DNA of 64,000 bases from the NCBI GenBank assembly GCA_964406005.1, contig CAYOPZ010000001.1:64098-128097 (forward strand). The letters run 5' to 3'. The DNA comes from an uncultured Bacteroidaceae bacterium (GTDB lineage: Bacteria; Bacteroidota; Bacteroidia; Bacteroidales; SM23-62). The notes beneath the pieces were generated by a model. It saw only the letters and a program-made list of their open reading frames with translations. It ran no database searches and was not told the DNA's origin. A program made the translations under genes and the position numbers. This document shows positions 25,046-35,222 of the stretch, one piece after another; positions within the stretch are counted from its first letter, which is position 1, and each line of letters begins with the position of its first letter.

Positions 25046-25696
25046 TCAGATCAATGAATAGACTGTCATCATGCTTAGAATTCTGTCGTTCAGGGCCCTG
25101 TTGCTGAATCGATCGAGGTAATTATAAAACTTTGCCCTGTCGAGCCCGGCCAGTACATTATGATCGAACCTGAGGTTTTCCATATCACTGCGGGCTTTGT
25201 ACTGAGTACCGATATAAAAAAAATCCAGGATGGCCTTTTCCGGCTCGGCAATTAAAATTTTGCGTGTTCGGGCCGGATCATCAAATGCTGCAGTTGTAAA
25301 ATCCATTAATGTATGACCAAAACCATAAATTGATTCTTTTACCGAGTGATACGAGAAGTTCCCTATCAATGTCTCAAACCCGTTTGTTTTTCTGGTGGTA
25401 ATGGAAGTGGTTGAATAAACTCCTTCCGGGATAAGATTGTAATGGGATAAAGCCGTATGCAGGCTGATATAGGAAGGCTGATAGATCAGGTTTGCGGCAA
25501 GCCAGGGTATGTTTTCCCCGGTTTTGTTACCGGAAAAGCAATACCAACCGTTCCTGATCTTCAGCAGATAACCTTTTTCCTGCCACCTGACCAGATTCAT
25601 CCGGTTCATGCCGGGAAACATTTTCCTGATGTCCCTTATTGAAAAGACTTTGAAAGGCTCCAGCTGCTTTCTGAATTCAAGCCACATTTTTTCCAT
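25046..25696 (-). CDS. AbiEi-family type IV antitoxin / transcriptional regulator
   Basis: It has an N-terminal winged-helix-like segment (FSIRDIRKMFPGMNRMNLVRWQEKGYLLKIRNGWYCF), and its size and position are typical of AbiEi. Confidence 0.7.
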   Translation of the reverse strand: MEKMWLEFRKQLEPFKVFSIRDIRKMFPGMNRMNLVRWQEKGYLLKIRNGWYCFSGNKTGENIPWLAANLIYQPSYISLHTALSHYNLIPEGVYSTTSITTRKTNGFETLIGNFSYHSVKESIYGFGHTLMDFTTAAFDDPARTRKILIAEPEKAILDFFYIGTQYKARSDMENLRFDHNVLAGLDRAKFYNYLDRFSNRALNDRILSMMTVYSLI

Positions 25697-25733
25697 TTTG
25701 AATATAAAAGTATATAATAAATGAAACTAAATC

Positions 25734-25770
25734 AATTTATATTTCTTTTTTTATATAAATTTATATAAAT
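25734..25770. promoter_or_regulatory. Operator-like repeats upstream of abiEi
   Basis: There is an inverted repeat AATTTATAT (25734-25742) / ATATAAATT (25753-25761). There is also a tandem TTATATAAAT x2 (25751-25770). Both sit in the 96-bp AT-rich region upstream of the antitoxin start. AbiEi proteins are known to autoregulate through promoter inverted repeats. Confidence 0.3.
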
Positions 25771-25792
25771 ATGGAAATAAAATTCAGGGTAA

Positions 25793-27094
25793 TCAGGCCT
25801 GGCCTTTGTATTCGTATCCCAGTCTTTCAATGGTTTCCCTGATCCTGGCCAGATCAATGTTTTCCCCGCTCATGGATACTTTCCCGGATGCCAGGTCCGC
25901 ATTCACGCTTTCCACGCCCACGATCTCACGGACGTTATTTTCCACCGTTGCCTTGCAATGGCTACAGGTCATGCCTTTTACGATAATTTCAATATTTCTC
26001 ATAGCTGGATGGATTTTAAATTCCACGTTTTCCGTTCTTCTGTGTCTTCCGAAAAACCCGGACAGGTATTTCCGGTATAAAGCGTGCAGTATCAGGCCGG
26101 CGAGCAAAAGTCCCGATGCTGTCTGCAGCCACCCGGGCAGGATCCCGTGCACATGCCTGCCGGACTGAATGTCTGAAAGGGGACTCAGGAACCAGTCTCC
26201 CGGCATGAAACCATTCACTATGGCCCCGAAGAAAAAGGCGCCGGCGATGATGGACAGCAGGTACAGGATCAGGGTCCTTCTTCCGAGTACATTTCCTATC
26301 ACTGTCATGGTTGCGGCATTGGTTGCCGGTCCGGCCATCAAAAAGACGATGGCCGCCCCGGGCGACAATCCCTTCAGCATGAGTATGGCCGCGATGGGTA
26401 CCGAGCCGGTGGCACATACGTAAAGCGGAACGGCCACGATCAGGATGAGGAGCATCTCGAGGTATTCATTGCCCAGGTAAGCGGTGAAAAAGCTTTCGGG
26501 CACCAGCACATCGATCAGTGCGGCCAGCAGCAGCCCGATCACAAGCCATTTTGCAATGTCTTCCAGGAATTCAACGAAGGCATATTTCAGCATTCCTGCA
26601 AGGCTCCGGTCGGCATCGTCGTTATTGTCACCCCTGTTCTTTGTTTCATTTTTCCCCGCTTCACGGGTCTTTCCGAAACGGTTGGTTATGAATCCCCCGA
26701 AAATCCCGGTGAACAATGCGATAACGGGCCTGATGATGGCCATGGGAAGCCCGAGAAGCGAATAGGTGACCATGATGCTGTCGAGTCCCGTCTGCGGGGT
26801 GGATATCAGGAAGGAAACCGACGAACCCTTAGAGGCCCCGCTGTTGAAAAAAGAGATGCCCGTGGGGATCACGCCGCAGGAACACAGCGGCAGCGGTATA
26901 CCGATAAGGGCGGCATTGACAACGGAGGCTGAATTGGGCCTGCCCAGGTATTTGTATACCTTATTCCTGGGAAACCAGACATACAGAATGCCGGCGAACA
27001 GGAATCCCAGAAGGAGGTAGGGAGCCATTTCCAGGGTAAGGGCCGCCAGGGCCCCCAGGAATTCCGTTACAAGGTTCAGTATCGTCTCCATCAT
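25793..27094 (-). CDS. Permease (SO_0444-like Cu/Zn efflux / ArsP-like family) with a C-terminal HMA domain
   Basis: It is a polytopic membrane protein with the PLCSCGVIP motif. The C-terminal VKGMTCSHCKATVENNV is a classic GMTCxxC HMA domain. Confidence 0.75.
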   Translation of the reverse strand: MMETILNLVTEFLGALAALTLEMAPYLLLGFLFAGILYVWFPRNKVYKYLGRPNSASVVNAALIGIPLPLCSCGVIPTGISFFNSGASKGSSVSFLISTPQTGLDSIMVTYSLLGLPMAIIRPVIALFTGIFGGFITNRFGKTREAGKNETKNRGDNNDDADRSLAGMLKYAFVEFLEDIAKWLVIGLLLAALIDVLVPESFFTAYLGNEYLEMLLILIVAVPLYVCATGSVPIAAILMLKGLSPGAAIVFLMAGPATNAATMTVIGNVLGRRTLILYLLSIIAGAFFFGAIVNGFMPGDWFLSPLSDIQSGRHVHGILPGWLQTASGLLLAGLILHALYRKYLSGFFGRHRRTENVEFKIHPAMRNIEIIVKGMTCSHCKATVENNVREIVGVESVNADLASGKVSMSGENIDLARIRETIERLGYEYKGQA

Positions 27095-27172
27095 TCATAT
27101 CCACGATCCGGGTCCCCGCTCCATTCGGGATGGGAGAACCCATATTCAAACAATCAAGGCATGCCTTTTGTT

Positions 27173-28081
27173 TCAGCTCTTGTTGATCATCCCGGTTTCA
27201 TCACAGCACCCGAATTCCATTTGCAGCGTGACATGCTCCACAAGAAATTTTTCATGAAGCATCCGGCTGACCTGGCGGCGCAATGCATCCGTCTTGCTGA
27301 CGGGGATATCTTCCGAGAGGTCTATATGCCCTTCGAAATGGATCTGCCGGTCGTTCAGGCTCCACGCATGTACATGGTGTATATTGCTTATCCCGTCAAT
27401 TTTTTCAACTTCCTTTTTGATGGCTTCCAGGTCAAGTTCCCTTGGAGAGGACTGCATCAGGATATCGAATGAGTCTTTCAGAAGGAGGTAGGTTTCCCGC
27501 AGGATATACAGGCTGATCAATATCGTGATGAAGGGATCGATCCAGTAGATACCGAATTTCCAGATCAGTATCCCCCCTGCAATGACCACAAGGGAAGAAA
27601 GCGTATCCCCGAGAAGATGCAGGTATGCCGCTTTGATGTTGATGTTCTTCCTCGAATCCGGCCGAAGGAGCACCACCGCAATGAGGTTGGCCGCAAGTCC
27701 TACGGCAGCCACGAAAAACATAACGGCCCCCTTGACGGGAGCGGGATTCCGGAACCGTTCAATGGCCTCATATACCAGGAATATGCAAATGGCGGCGAGG
27801 ATCACCGAATTCAGGAAAGCCGCCAGGATCTCCACGCGCTTGTAACCGAAAGTCTTGCGGGCATTCGATTTACGTTTGCTGATCCTGTGGGCGACGTAGG
27901 CCAGCATAACCGCAAGTCCGTCTCCCAGGTTATGTACGGCATCGGAAAGCAGCGCAAGGCTGCCTGATATGATCCCCCCGGCAATTTCCGCGGCAGTGAT
28001 GGCAAAATTCATAAAGACCGCAGCCAGAAGGTTTTTTTCACTGATGCCCGGGTTCGAATGATGATGAGGGACCTCTTTCAT
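27173..28081 (-). CDS. Cation diffusion facilitator (CzcD/ZitB-like) exporter
   Basis: It has HHH near the N-terminus, LLSDAVHNLGD and HLLGD (HxxxD sites), and a CDF cytoplasmic domain. Confidence 0.85.
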   Translation of the reverse strand: MKEVPHHHSNPGISEKNLLAAVFMNFAITAAEIAGGIISGSLALLSDAVHNLGDGLAVMLAYVAHRISKRKSNARKTFGYKRVEILAAFLNSVILAAICIFLVYEAIERFRNPAPVKGAVMFFVAAVGLAANLIAVVLLRPDSRKNINIKAAYLHLLGDTLSSLVVIAGGILIWKFGIYWIDPFITILISLYILRETYLLLKDSFDILMQSSPRELDLEAIKKEVEKIDGISNIHHVHAWSLNDRQIHFEGHIDLSEDIPVSKTDALRRQVSRMLHEKFLVEHVTLQMEFGCCDETGMINKS

Positions 28082-28092
28082 TTTTGATAAGC

Positions 28093-28902
28093 TTAAATAA
28101 ACAACAGCAGGCTGAGGGCCATCACCGCCATCCCGGCTATCAGGCCGTATATCGAAAGATGATGGTACCCGTATTCCCTGGCTGTTGGAAGCAGTTCGTC
28201 CACGGAAATGAATATCATGATGCCGGCCACCGCACCGAACAGGACCCCGAGCATGGATTCGTTGAACAGGGTTGCCAGGAACAGGTATCCCAGAACGCCT
28301 CCGACAGGCTCGGCAAGGCCGGACAGAAAAGAAAGGAAGAAAGCCTTGCGCTTGTTCCCGGTGGCATAATAGATGGGTACGGATACCGCGATCCCTTCCG
28401 GGATATTGTGTATCGCAATGGCAATGGCAATGGGTATGGCGATGCTTGCATCGTTCATCCCTGCCGCAAAAGTCGCCAGTCCCTCGGGAAGATTGTGCAT
28501 TGAAATGGCAACGGCAATCAACAGCCCTACCCTCATCAGGCCGCTTTTCCTGCTCTTGTCCCCCCGCAGTTGAATGTCTTCGACCCGCCTGATCTCATGC
28601 GGGTTCTGAAAGGCAGGCACAATTGTGTCTATGCTTCCTATAACCAGTATCCCCCCGAAAAACGACAATACCGCATACCAGCTTCCACGAGTGAGCCCGA
28701 AATTGTCCCGGAAGAGCTCAAATGCCTTCCCGAGGATTTCGACAAAGGAAACGTATATCATCACCCCTGCCGAAAATCCAAGCGATGCACTCAGAAACCG
28801 GGTATTGGTGGTTTTCGTGAAAAAAGCCATGGTACTTCCTATGCCTGTTGAAAGACCGGCAAACAATGTCAGTCCGAATGCGAATAATACGTTGCCTTGC
28901 AT
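28093..28902 (-). CDS. zupT: ZIP-family zinc transporter ZupT
   Basis: 269 aa. It carries HNLPEGLA and HNIPEGIAV motifs and a ZupT-like N-terminus. Confidence 0.8.
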   Translation of the reverse strand: MQGNVLFAFGLTLFAGLSTGIGSTMAFFTKTTNTRFLSASLGFSAGVMIYVSFVEILGKAFELFRDNFGLTRGSWYAVLSFFGGILVIGSIDTIVPAFQNPHEIRRVEDIQLRGDKSRKSGLMRVGLLIAVAISMHNLPEGLATFAAGMNDASIAIPIAIAIAIHNIPEGIAVSVPIYYATGNKRKAFFLSFLSGLAEPVGGVLGYLFLATLFNESMLGVLFGAVAGIMIFISVDELLPTAREYGYHHLSIYGLIAGMAVMALSLLLFI

Positions 28903-28980
28903 TCTGAAATATCTGGATCAGGTATCGAAATTCCTGCAAATTAAACTCATACCGGCCATTTAGATAAATTTCCCGTTTGT

Positions 28981-29481
28981 TCAGCCCAGCTCGAGCCGCT
29001 CCAGCCAATCCACAATCCTCAGGTCGGTAAGCTCTGCCTGGTTTTCCTCGTCGATCACCAGCCCCACGAAACCATCCCCTCTCAGGGCCATGGATGCTTC
29101 GAAATCATATCCCGATCTGCGCCATCCGCCTGTTATCCTGCAGCCGCTGCGGCTGATCACGTCATAAAGCTTGCCCAGTGCGTCGGCGAAAGTGTCGGGA
29201 TAGGATTCCTGGTCCCCCAACCCGAATAATGCGACCGTTCTGCCTTTCAGATCCAGCTTTTCCACAACCGGCAGCGCGGCATCCCAGTCTTCCTGCAACC
29301 TCCCGATGCCCCATGTGGGGATCCCAAGGATAAGGTTCCTGTAATTCATCATTTCTTCACACCGGGTCTCGCCTATGTCCAGGAGGGCAGCCCGGTCGTT
29401 TCCCAGCCGCTGGCAAATGCGGACAGCCACCGATTCCGTTTTCCCGGAGGAAGACCCGTAGATTATGCCTGTATCTTTCAT
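28981..29481 (-). CDS. Long-chain flavodoxin
   Basis: It has GIIYGSSSGKTESVA (FMN phosphate loop) and TWGIG. I prefer the ATG at 29481 over the TTG at 29499. Confidence 0.8.
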   Translation of the reverse strand: MKDTGIIYGSSSGKTESVAVRICQRLGNDRAALLDIGETRCEEMMNYRNLILGIPTWGIGRLQEDWDAALPVVEKLDLKGRTVALFGLGDQESYPDTFADALGKLYDVISRSGCRITGGWRRSGYDFEASMALRGDGFVGLVIDEENQAELTDLRIVDWLERLELG

Positions 29482-29582
29482 TCCTGTCTGAAATACCAAA
29501 GCTCCTCACAGCAAGCTGCGGGGAACCGAAGCAAAGCTGAGCTCGACGAAGTCAATGCGCTCGCAGGATTCAAAGATATCAA

Positions 29583-32468
29583 TTAAGTGCCTGCATTGAA
29601 AACTTCCACCCAGTGCCTTGCCTCCACGCCTGTGCCATGTGCAATCTGGTGGCGGCAGCTGAACCCGCAGGCCACGACAGCCGTCGTTTCCTCTTTCCCG
29701 CGGACGGCCGGGAACAGACGGTCCTCTCCCATTTTCAACGAAAGGTCGTAGTGTTCCTTTTCATAGCCGAACGAGCCTGCCATCCCGCAGCATCCCGTAT
29801 CCAGCACTTCGACCGATAACCCGGGAATCCTTTCGAGAACGGTCTTCATGGCATCGGTCCCGTAGAGGGATTTTTGATGGCAATGGCCATGAATCATGAT
29901 CTTCCTGTAGGCGGAAGAAAATTTTCTGTCAATACGGCCGGACTCGATCTCACGGGCAAGAAAAACATCTATCATCATTACATTTTCCCTGATAAGCCTG
30001 CCCAGTTCCACGTCTTCGATCAGGTCGGGAAGGTCGTCCGTAAGGGCAGATGCACAGCCGGGTTCGCAAACCACTATTTTAAGCCCCTCGTCAATGAATT
30101 CCTTCAGGCGGCGTAGTGTTTTTTCTCCCTCTGCCCCGGCTTTCTCCAGGAAGCCGTGGGAAATCCTGGGCCGCTGGCAGCAGCCTGCCTTTGCCAGGAT
30201 CACTTCATACCCGCACGATTCGAGCAGTTCCACGGCTGAGATCCCGACGCTGGTCTCATGATGGTTCATGTATGTATCGTCGAAAAGTACGACCTTCCCT
30301 GTATAGTGCCCGTTCCTGCCGGGCCGGCCGGCAAACCATTTACGGAATGGTTTTTTTGCATAAAAAGGCAGTACACGCCTGCTGTCTATACCCGCCAGCC
30401 TTTGAAGCGACCTGCGGAACAGCATGGTTTTCTGGAGCCGGTTGACAAGGGGCGCCTTCCAGCCTGCCATTCTCGCCGCCATTCCGGCAGATCCCGCAAC
30501 GAGCCTCTCCCTGAGCCCTGTGCCGTTTTCCCTGTGGTAATTCTGAAGGAACTCCCCTTTCAGCTTTGCCATGTCAACACTGCTGGGACATTCCGATTTA
30601 CAGCCCTTGCACGAGATGCACAGGTCCATGATCCCGAAAAGCTCCTGGCTGGTGAATGCATCCTCCCCCATCTGGCCCGTCATTGCCAGGCGCAGGGCAT
30701 TGGCCCGTCCCCTTGTGGAGTGCTCCTCATCCCTGGTGACACGGTAGGAAGGACACATAATCCCTTTCAGGTTCTGCCTGCAGTCTCCCACGCCGTTGCA
30801 CATTTCCACCGCTGCGGCAAAACTTCCTTCATCCCGGTAATGGTATTGAGTCGCAAATGCCGGCGTCTTATAATCCCTGCCGTACCGGAGGTTACTGTCC
30901 ATGGGGCCGGGATCGACAATCACCCCGGGATTCATGATCCCGGCCGGATCGAACAATTGCTTGACCTCCCTGAAAGCCCCGTAGACCCGGGGACCGAAAA
31001 ACTTCTCGAGGAAAGGGCTGCGGACCCGTCCGTCCCCGTGCTCCCCGCTGACGGAGCCTCCGTATTTCCGTACCAGCCCGAATGAGTATTCGGCGATGGC
31101 TTTCATATGATCGATGTCTGCCTGCTGCTTGAGGTTCAGGACGGGCCTGAGGTGTAGCAATCCCACGCTTGCATGCGCGTATATGACCACCGGAACATCC
31201 CGGCTGCGGCAGAATTTCAGTACCCTGTCCACGTATTCCGGCAATGCATCCAGCGGCAGTGAAGCATCTTCTATGAATGCCAGGGGCTTGCGTTCTCCCT
31301 TTATGCCATACAAAAGTCCCAGACCGTCTTTTCTTACGTTCCAGACCATGGCCTGCCCGGCCGGTTCCTCAAGCACCGGCCAGTGATAACCTGTCCCGGC
31401 CGCCTGAAGATCCGCGGAAAGGGCCCCAGTCTTCGCCCTTACCTCCTGCGCAGTGTCCCCGAAGAATTCCACGATCAGAATGCCTCCGGGGTTCCCTTTG
31501 ATGAAACCGCACATCGGGGCCGTTTTCCTGTTTTCCCGTGCCCTGCGAATGACCTCTTCGTCAAGGATTTCAAGGGCCGACGGCTTATGTTCGAGGATGC
31601 GGGGGACGGAACGGATGGCTTCCTGCATATCCTTAAAATGTACCGTACATAGGATCTTATGCCCGGGAAGGGGTTCGAGATTGATCTTCGATTCAAGCAC
31701 AATCCCCAGGGTGCCCTCACTCCCGGCGATAAGACCGGAAAGGTTCCATATACCGGTATTCACATAGGCGTCAAGATTATAGCCCTGTACGCGGCGCATT
31801 GTTTTCGGATATCTCCGTATGATTTCGTCACGGTTCCTGTCAACAATCCCTTTCAGGACCGATACCAGCCGGTATTCCCGTTCGTTCTTCCCTGCGGGAC
31901 CTTCAAGGTAGTCATTTACCAAGATGTCCCTGAAAGTATGTACTGTACCGTCTGAAAGCAGGACCTTTGTTTCCAGTATATGATCCCGGGTAAGGCCGTA
32001 AACTATGCTTCTTGTCCCCGAGGCATTGTTCCCTATCATACCTCCGATCGTTGCACGGCTGCCCGTGGCCGGGTCGGGTGCAAAATGCAGGCCGGTTCGG
32101 GACAGGATGGAATTCAGTTCGTCGAGCACGAGCCCGGGTTGTACCCTTGCCCATCTTTCCCTGACATTGATCTCCAGGACCCGGTTCATGTATTTCGAGA
32201 AATCGATCACCATAGAAGAGCCTGTTGCCTGCCCTCCGAGGCTGGTGCCGCCGCCCCTGGGAAGAATGCTCACATTATGGGCCAGTGCGGTCTTTACTGC
32301 ATGAACAACGTCTTTCGCATCCAGGGGAACCACAAGCGCAACGGGACGGATCTGGTATATGCTTGCATCGGTGGCGTAGATCCCGAGGGTGAAATCCCTG
32401 AATGACACATCTCCCTTTATACCCTTCCGGAGATCAAGCTCAAATTGTTTTCGTCCGGATACTTCCAA
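29583..32468 (-). CDS. FAD-binding oxidase fused to an Fe-S / CCG-domain module (YdiJ / GlcD-GlcF-like 2-hydroxyacid dehydrogenase)
   Basis: 961 aa. It has an FAD_binding_4-like N-terminus (PRGGGTSLGGQ), two CxxCxxC(x)3C-type clusters (CISCKGCKSECP) and C-terminal CCG-type cysteines. The only in-frame start I found is the TTG at 32468, so the start is uncertain. Confidence 0.8.
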   Translation of the reverse strand: MEVSGRKQFELDLRKGIKGDVSFRDFTLGIYATDASIYQIRPVALVVPLDAKDVVHAVKTALAHNVSILPRGGGTSLGGQATGSSMVIDFSKYMNRVLEINVRERWARVQPGLVLDELNSILSRTGLHFAPDPATGSRATIGGMIGNNASGTRSIVYGLTRDHILETKVLLSDGTVHTFRDILVNDYLEGPAGKNEREYRLVSVLKGIVDRNRDEIIRRYPKTMRRVQGYNLDAYVNTGIWNLSGLIAGSEGTLGIVLESKINLEPLPGHKILCTVHFKDMQEAIRSVPRILEHKPSALEILDEEVIRRARENRKTAPMCGFIKGNPGGILIVEFFGDTAQEVRAKTGALSADLQAAGTGYHWPVLEEPAGQAMVWNVRKDGLGLLYGIKGERKPLAFIEDASLPLDALPEYVDRVLKFCRSRDVPVVIYAHASVGLLHLRPVLNLKQQADIDHMKAIAEYSFGLVRKYGGSVSGEHGDGRVRSPFLEKFFGPRVYGAFREVKQLFDPAGIMNPGVIVDPGPMDSNLRYGRDYKTPAFATQYHYRDEGSFAAAVEMCNGVGDCRQNLKGIMCPSYRVTRDEEHSTRGRANALRLAMTGQMGEDAFTSQELFGIMDLCISCKGCKSECPSSVDMAKLKGEFLQNYHRENGTGLRERLVAGSAGMAARMAGWKAPLVNRLQKTMLFRRSLQRLAGIDSRRVLPFYAKKPFRKWFAGRPGRNGHYTGKVVLFDDTYMNHHETSVGISAVELLESCGYEVILAKAGCCQRPRISHGFLEKAGAEGEKTLRRLKEFIDEGLKIVVCEPGCASALTDDLPDLIEDVELGRLIRENVMMIDVFLAREIESGRIDRKFSSAYRKIMIHGHCHQKSLYGTDAMKTVLERIPGLSVEVLDTGCCGMAGSFGYEKEHYDLSLKMGEDRLFPAVRGKEETTAVVACGFSCRHQIAHGTGVEARHWVEVFNAGT

Positions 32469-32484
32469 GATTCATGTTTTTCTT

Positions 32485-33294
32485 TCAATCGGCCCCCTCT
32501 GCATCCCCGGCTGCCTTCCGTCGAAACAGTACAATTATCAGGATCCCCGTCAGCACAAAGGGTATGCTCAGCCACTGACCCATGTTCAGGGCCATGCCGG
32601 CTTCGAACGAAACCTGGTCCTCCTTGATGAATTCGATCAGAAAGCGCATGCCGAAGACAAGGACCAGGAACAAGCCGAAAAGGATCCCGGGGCGGGGTTT
32701 GCCTCCCGTCCTGTTATATATCCGCAACAACAGGATGAAAACAAGCAGATAGGTCAGGGCCTCATAGATCTGGGTGGGATGCTTGGGGACCACTTCCAGG
32801 TTCCGGATGAAAACGAAACCCCACGGAAGACTTGTCTGTATCCCGTAGATCTCGGAATTCATGAGGTTTCCCAGACGGATAAGACATCCTGCAAGGGCAA
32901 CCACCACCACGATGCGGTCAAGGATCCATATGAAAGGTTTCTTATATTTCCTTACAAACAGCCACAATGCCAGCAGGATGCCAACACCGGCACCATGGCT
33001 CGCAAGTCCCCCGTGCCAGATCATAAGTATTTCAAGGGGATTGCTCAGGTAATAACGGGGTTCATAAAACAGGCAGTGTCCGAGTCTTGCCCCGATCACC
33101 GTCCCCAGGGCCATGTAGATGGTAAGCTTGTCGAGAAGCTCAACCGGGAGTCCTTCCTTTTTAAAGAAACGGAGAAAGATCAGGTAGCCGAAGAAAAAAC
33201 CGGAAGCGAACAGAAGCCCGTACCAGCGAATGGCGAAGTTCCCCACCCGGAATATTTCGGGATTCATATCCCAGTTGATTGCACCGATTATCAT
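32485..33294 (-). CDS. lgt: Prolipoprotein diacylglyceryl transferase
   Basis: It has WHGGLASHGAGVG, IRLGNLMNSEIYG and HPTQIYEAL. I prefer the ATG at 33294 over the upstream extension in the ORF track. Confidence 0.85.
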   Translation of the reverse strand: MIIGAINWDMNPEIFRVGNFAIRWYGLLFASGFFFGYLIFLRFFKKEGLPVELLDKLTIYMALGTVIGARLGHCLFYEPRYYLSNPLEILMIWHGGLASHGAGVGILLALWLFVRKYKKPFIWILDRIVVVVALAGCLIRLGNLMNSEIYGIQTSLPWGFVFIRNLEVVPKHPTQIYEALTYLLVFILLLRIYNRTGGKPRPGILFGLFLVLVFGMRFLIEFIKEDQVSFEAGMALNMGQWLSIPFVLTGILIIVLFRRKAAGDAEGAD

Positions 33295-33372
33295 GGTCCT
33301 GTCGTTTAATGAACCGCAGGCATTCTTGCGGTAAAAATAAATATATTTGCAAAACGCCAAAGTTAATCAAAG

Positions 33373-35154
33373 TTGCAGAGAATAATTCACATCCTGATTT
33401 CTATTTTCCTGTTTGCAGGCCTCTGGGATTGCGCCAAAACGGGAAATCCTTCCGGCGGGCCCAAAGACATAACTCCCCCTGTGGTCGTAAGGTCAAGACC
33501 GCTGAACGGGTCTGTGAATTTTACGGGCAGCCAGATTGAAATCACGTTTAACGAGTACATCAGGCCGGAAAATTTCAGCAGGCAAATTGTCGTTTCTCCC
33601 CCGCTCAGGGAGGGGGTTGAAACCCGGATGAGGGGAAAAACACTGGTTATCGACCTGCAGGAGGATCTTCTTGAAAATACAACCTATACCCTGGGTTTCG
33701 GTCAGTCTGTCAAGGACCTGAACGAGGGTAACGTACTGGAGAATTTCACGTTTGTCTTTTCCACCGGGAATTACCTGGATTCACTGGCGGTAACGGGTAC
33801 GGTACTCGGGGCCTTTGATCTTAAACCCCTGGAAGAAGCCGTTTATGTAATGCTGTACGCCAGCCTGGAAGATTCCGTCCCGTACACAGAAATCCCCGAT
33901 TACCTGGGCAAGACAGATGAAAACGGCGCTTTCCTGATCAACCATGCCAGCCCGGGTACCTACCGTGTATTTGCCCTCCAGGATCAGAACCTGAGCCTTA
34001 AATACGACGGCCCTGAGGAACAGATCGGTTTCCTGGATACATCAATTGTCCTGTCCGCCGCCTACAGCATGAAGGACAGCCTGCTTCTGCAGACGAACGA
34101 TACCCTGCTCCTGCCCACAAAGGACAGCCTTCCCTTCAAGGGCCTGGCCCGGTATGCAATGAGGGTTGATCTGCTTGCCTTCCGGGAAGACAACGAACCA
34201 CAATACCTGATCAATAATAAAAGGGAAGACAGGAGAAAGCTGATGCTGCTTTTCAATAGGGAACTGACCGACACGGTGATCCTCGAACCCCTGAATTTCA
34301 GCCCTACGGAAAACTGGTTCCTTTACGAAGAATATGTAATGAAAGACACCCTTGTCTACTGGCTGACCGATTCCCTGATCTATAATATGGACAGCCTGTT
34401 GATCCTGGCCCGATACAGGGTAACCGACAGCCTTATGAATTACGTTCCTTTTAACGACAGCCTGGAATTCTATTACAGGGAGCCCGTACAGCCTACATGG
34501 TGGTTAAGGAGAAGAGAGGCAGTGGAAGAAACGGAAAAGATAAGCCTGGCTTTGAATGTGCGGAACGGACAGCGCTTCGATATTTTCAGGGACATTGTCA
34601 TCGAACCCTCCCACCCGGTACTTGAACCGGATACTTCCAGGATCCGGTTCGAATACATGGAAGATACGCTGTTTATGCCCGCAGCCTGGTCCCTGTACAG
34701 GGATCCTGACCGGCTGCGTGTATACCGCCTCAGCACCATATGGAAGGAAGAATGCCGCTACAGGCTGGTAATATATCCGGGCGCATTCGAAGACATTTAC
34801 GGTGTCACGCACGATACGGTATCCGTCAATCTCCAGACCAGGCACCGGGATCATTATGCCAGGATCAATATATACCTGACGGGAGTGGACGCTCCCAGGA
34901 TTATCCAGGTACTGGATAACAAGGGCAATGTGGTCGCATGGAAAACCACGGATAAGGACGGCATGGTTGAATTCCCCTACATGGAACCTGCCACCTACAC
35001 CCTCAAAATGATTTATGACGACAACGGAAACGGCAGGTGGGATACGGGGGATTACCTCGCGGGAATACAGCCTGAAAAGGTACGGTTTCATCCGGGAACC
35101 CTCGCAGTCCGCTCCAATTTCCATTACGAAATAAACTGGAATTCCGGAGATTGA
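33373..35154 (+). CDS. Ig-like-domain lipoprotein (Bacteroidota conserved hypothetical)
   Basis: It has a TTG start and a lipobox-like FLFAGLWDC. PPVVVRSRPLNGSVNFTGSQIEITFNEYI resembles an SbsA-type Ig-like domain. Confidence 0.5.
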   Translation: MQRIIHILISIFLFAGLWDCAKTGNPSGGPKDITPPVVVRSRPLNGSVNFTGSQIEITFNEYIRPENFSRQIVVSPPLREGVETRMRGKTLVIDLQEDLLENTTYTLGFGQSVKDLNEGNVLENFTFVFSTGNYLDSLAVTGTVLGAFDLKPLEEAVYVMLYASLEDSVPYTEIPDYLGKTDENGAFLINHASPGTYRVFALQDQNLSLKYDGPEEQIGFLDTSIVLSAAYSMKDSLLLQTNDTLLLPTKDSLPFKGLARYAMRVDLLAFREDNEPQYLINNKREDRRKLMLLFNRELTDTVILEPLNFSPTENWFLYEEYVMKDTLVYWLTDSLIYNMDSLLILARYRVTDSLMNYVPFNDSLEFYYREPVQPTWWLRRREAVEETEKISLALNVRNGQRFDIFRDIVIEPSHPVLEPDTSRIRFEYMEDTLFMPAAWSLYRDPDRLRVYRLSTIWKEECRYRLVIYPGAFEDIYGVTHDTVSVNLQTRHRDHYARINIYLTGVDAPRIIQVLDNKGNVVAWKTTDKDGMVEFPYMEPATYTLKMIYDDNGNGRWDTGDYLAGIQPEKVRFHPGTLAVRSNFHYEINWNSGD

Positions 35155-35222
35155 CCCATTCCCGGTCGGTCTATATCAATAATTTATTAAATTAGCTAAA
35201 TCAACACACATCATTCATTGTC

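Noticed and set aside
6072-28902. Calling the metal-resistance region a mobile element (ICE, conjugative transposon or transposon).
   Set aside because: I saw no integrase, transposase, relaxase, tra genes or terminal repeats in the window. Only the AbiE module hints at acquisition, which is not enough for a mobile_element call.
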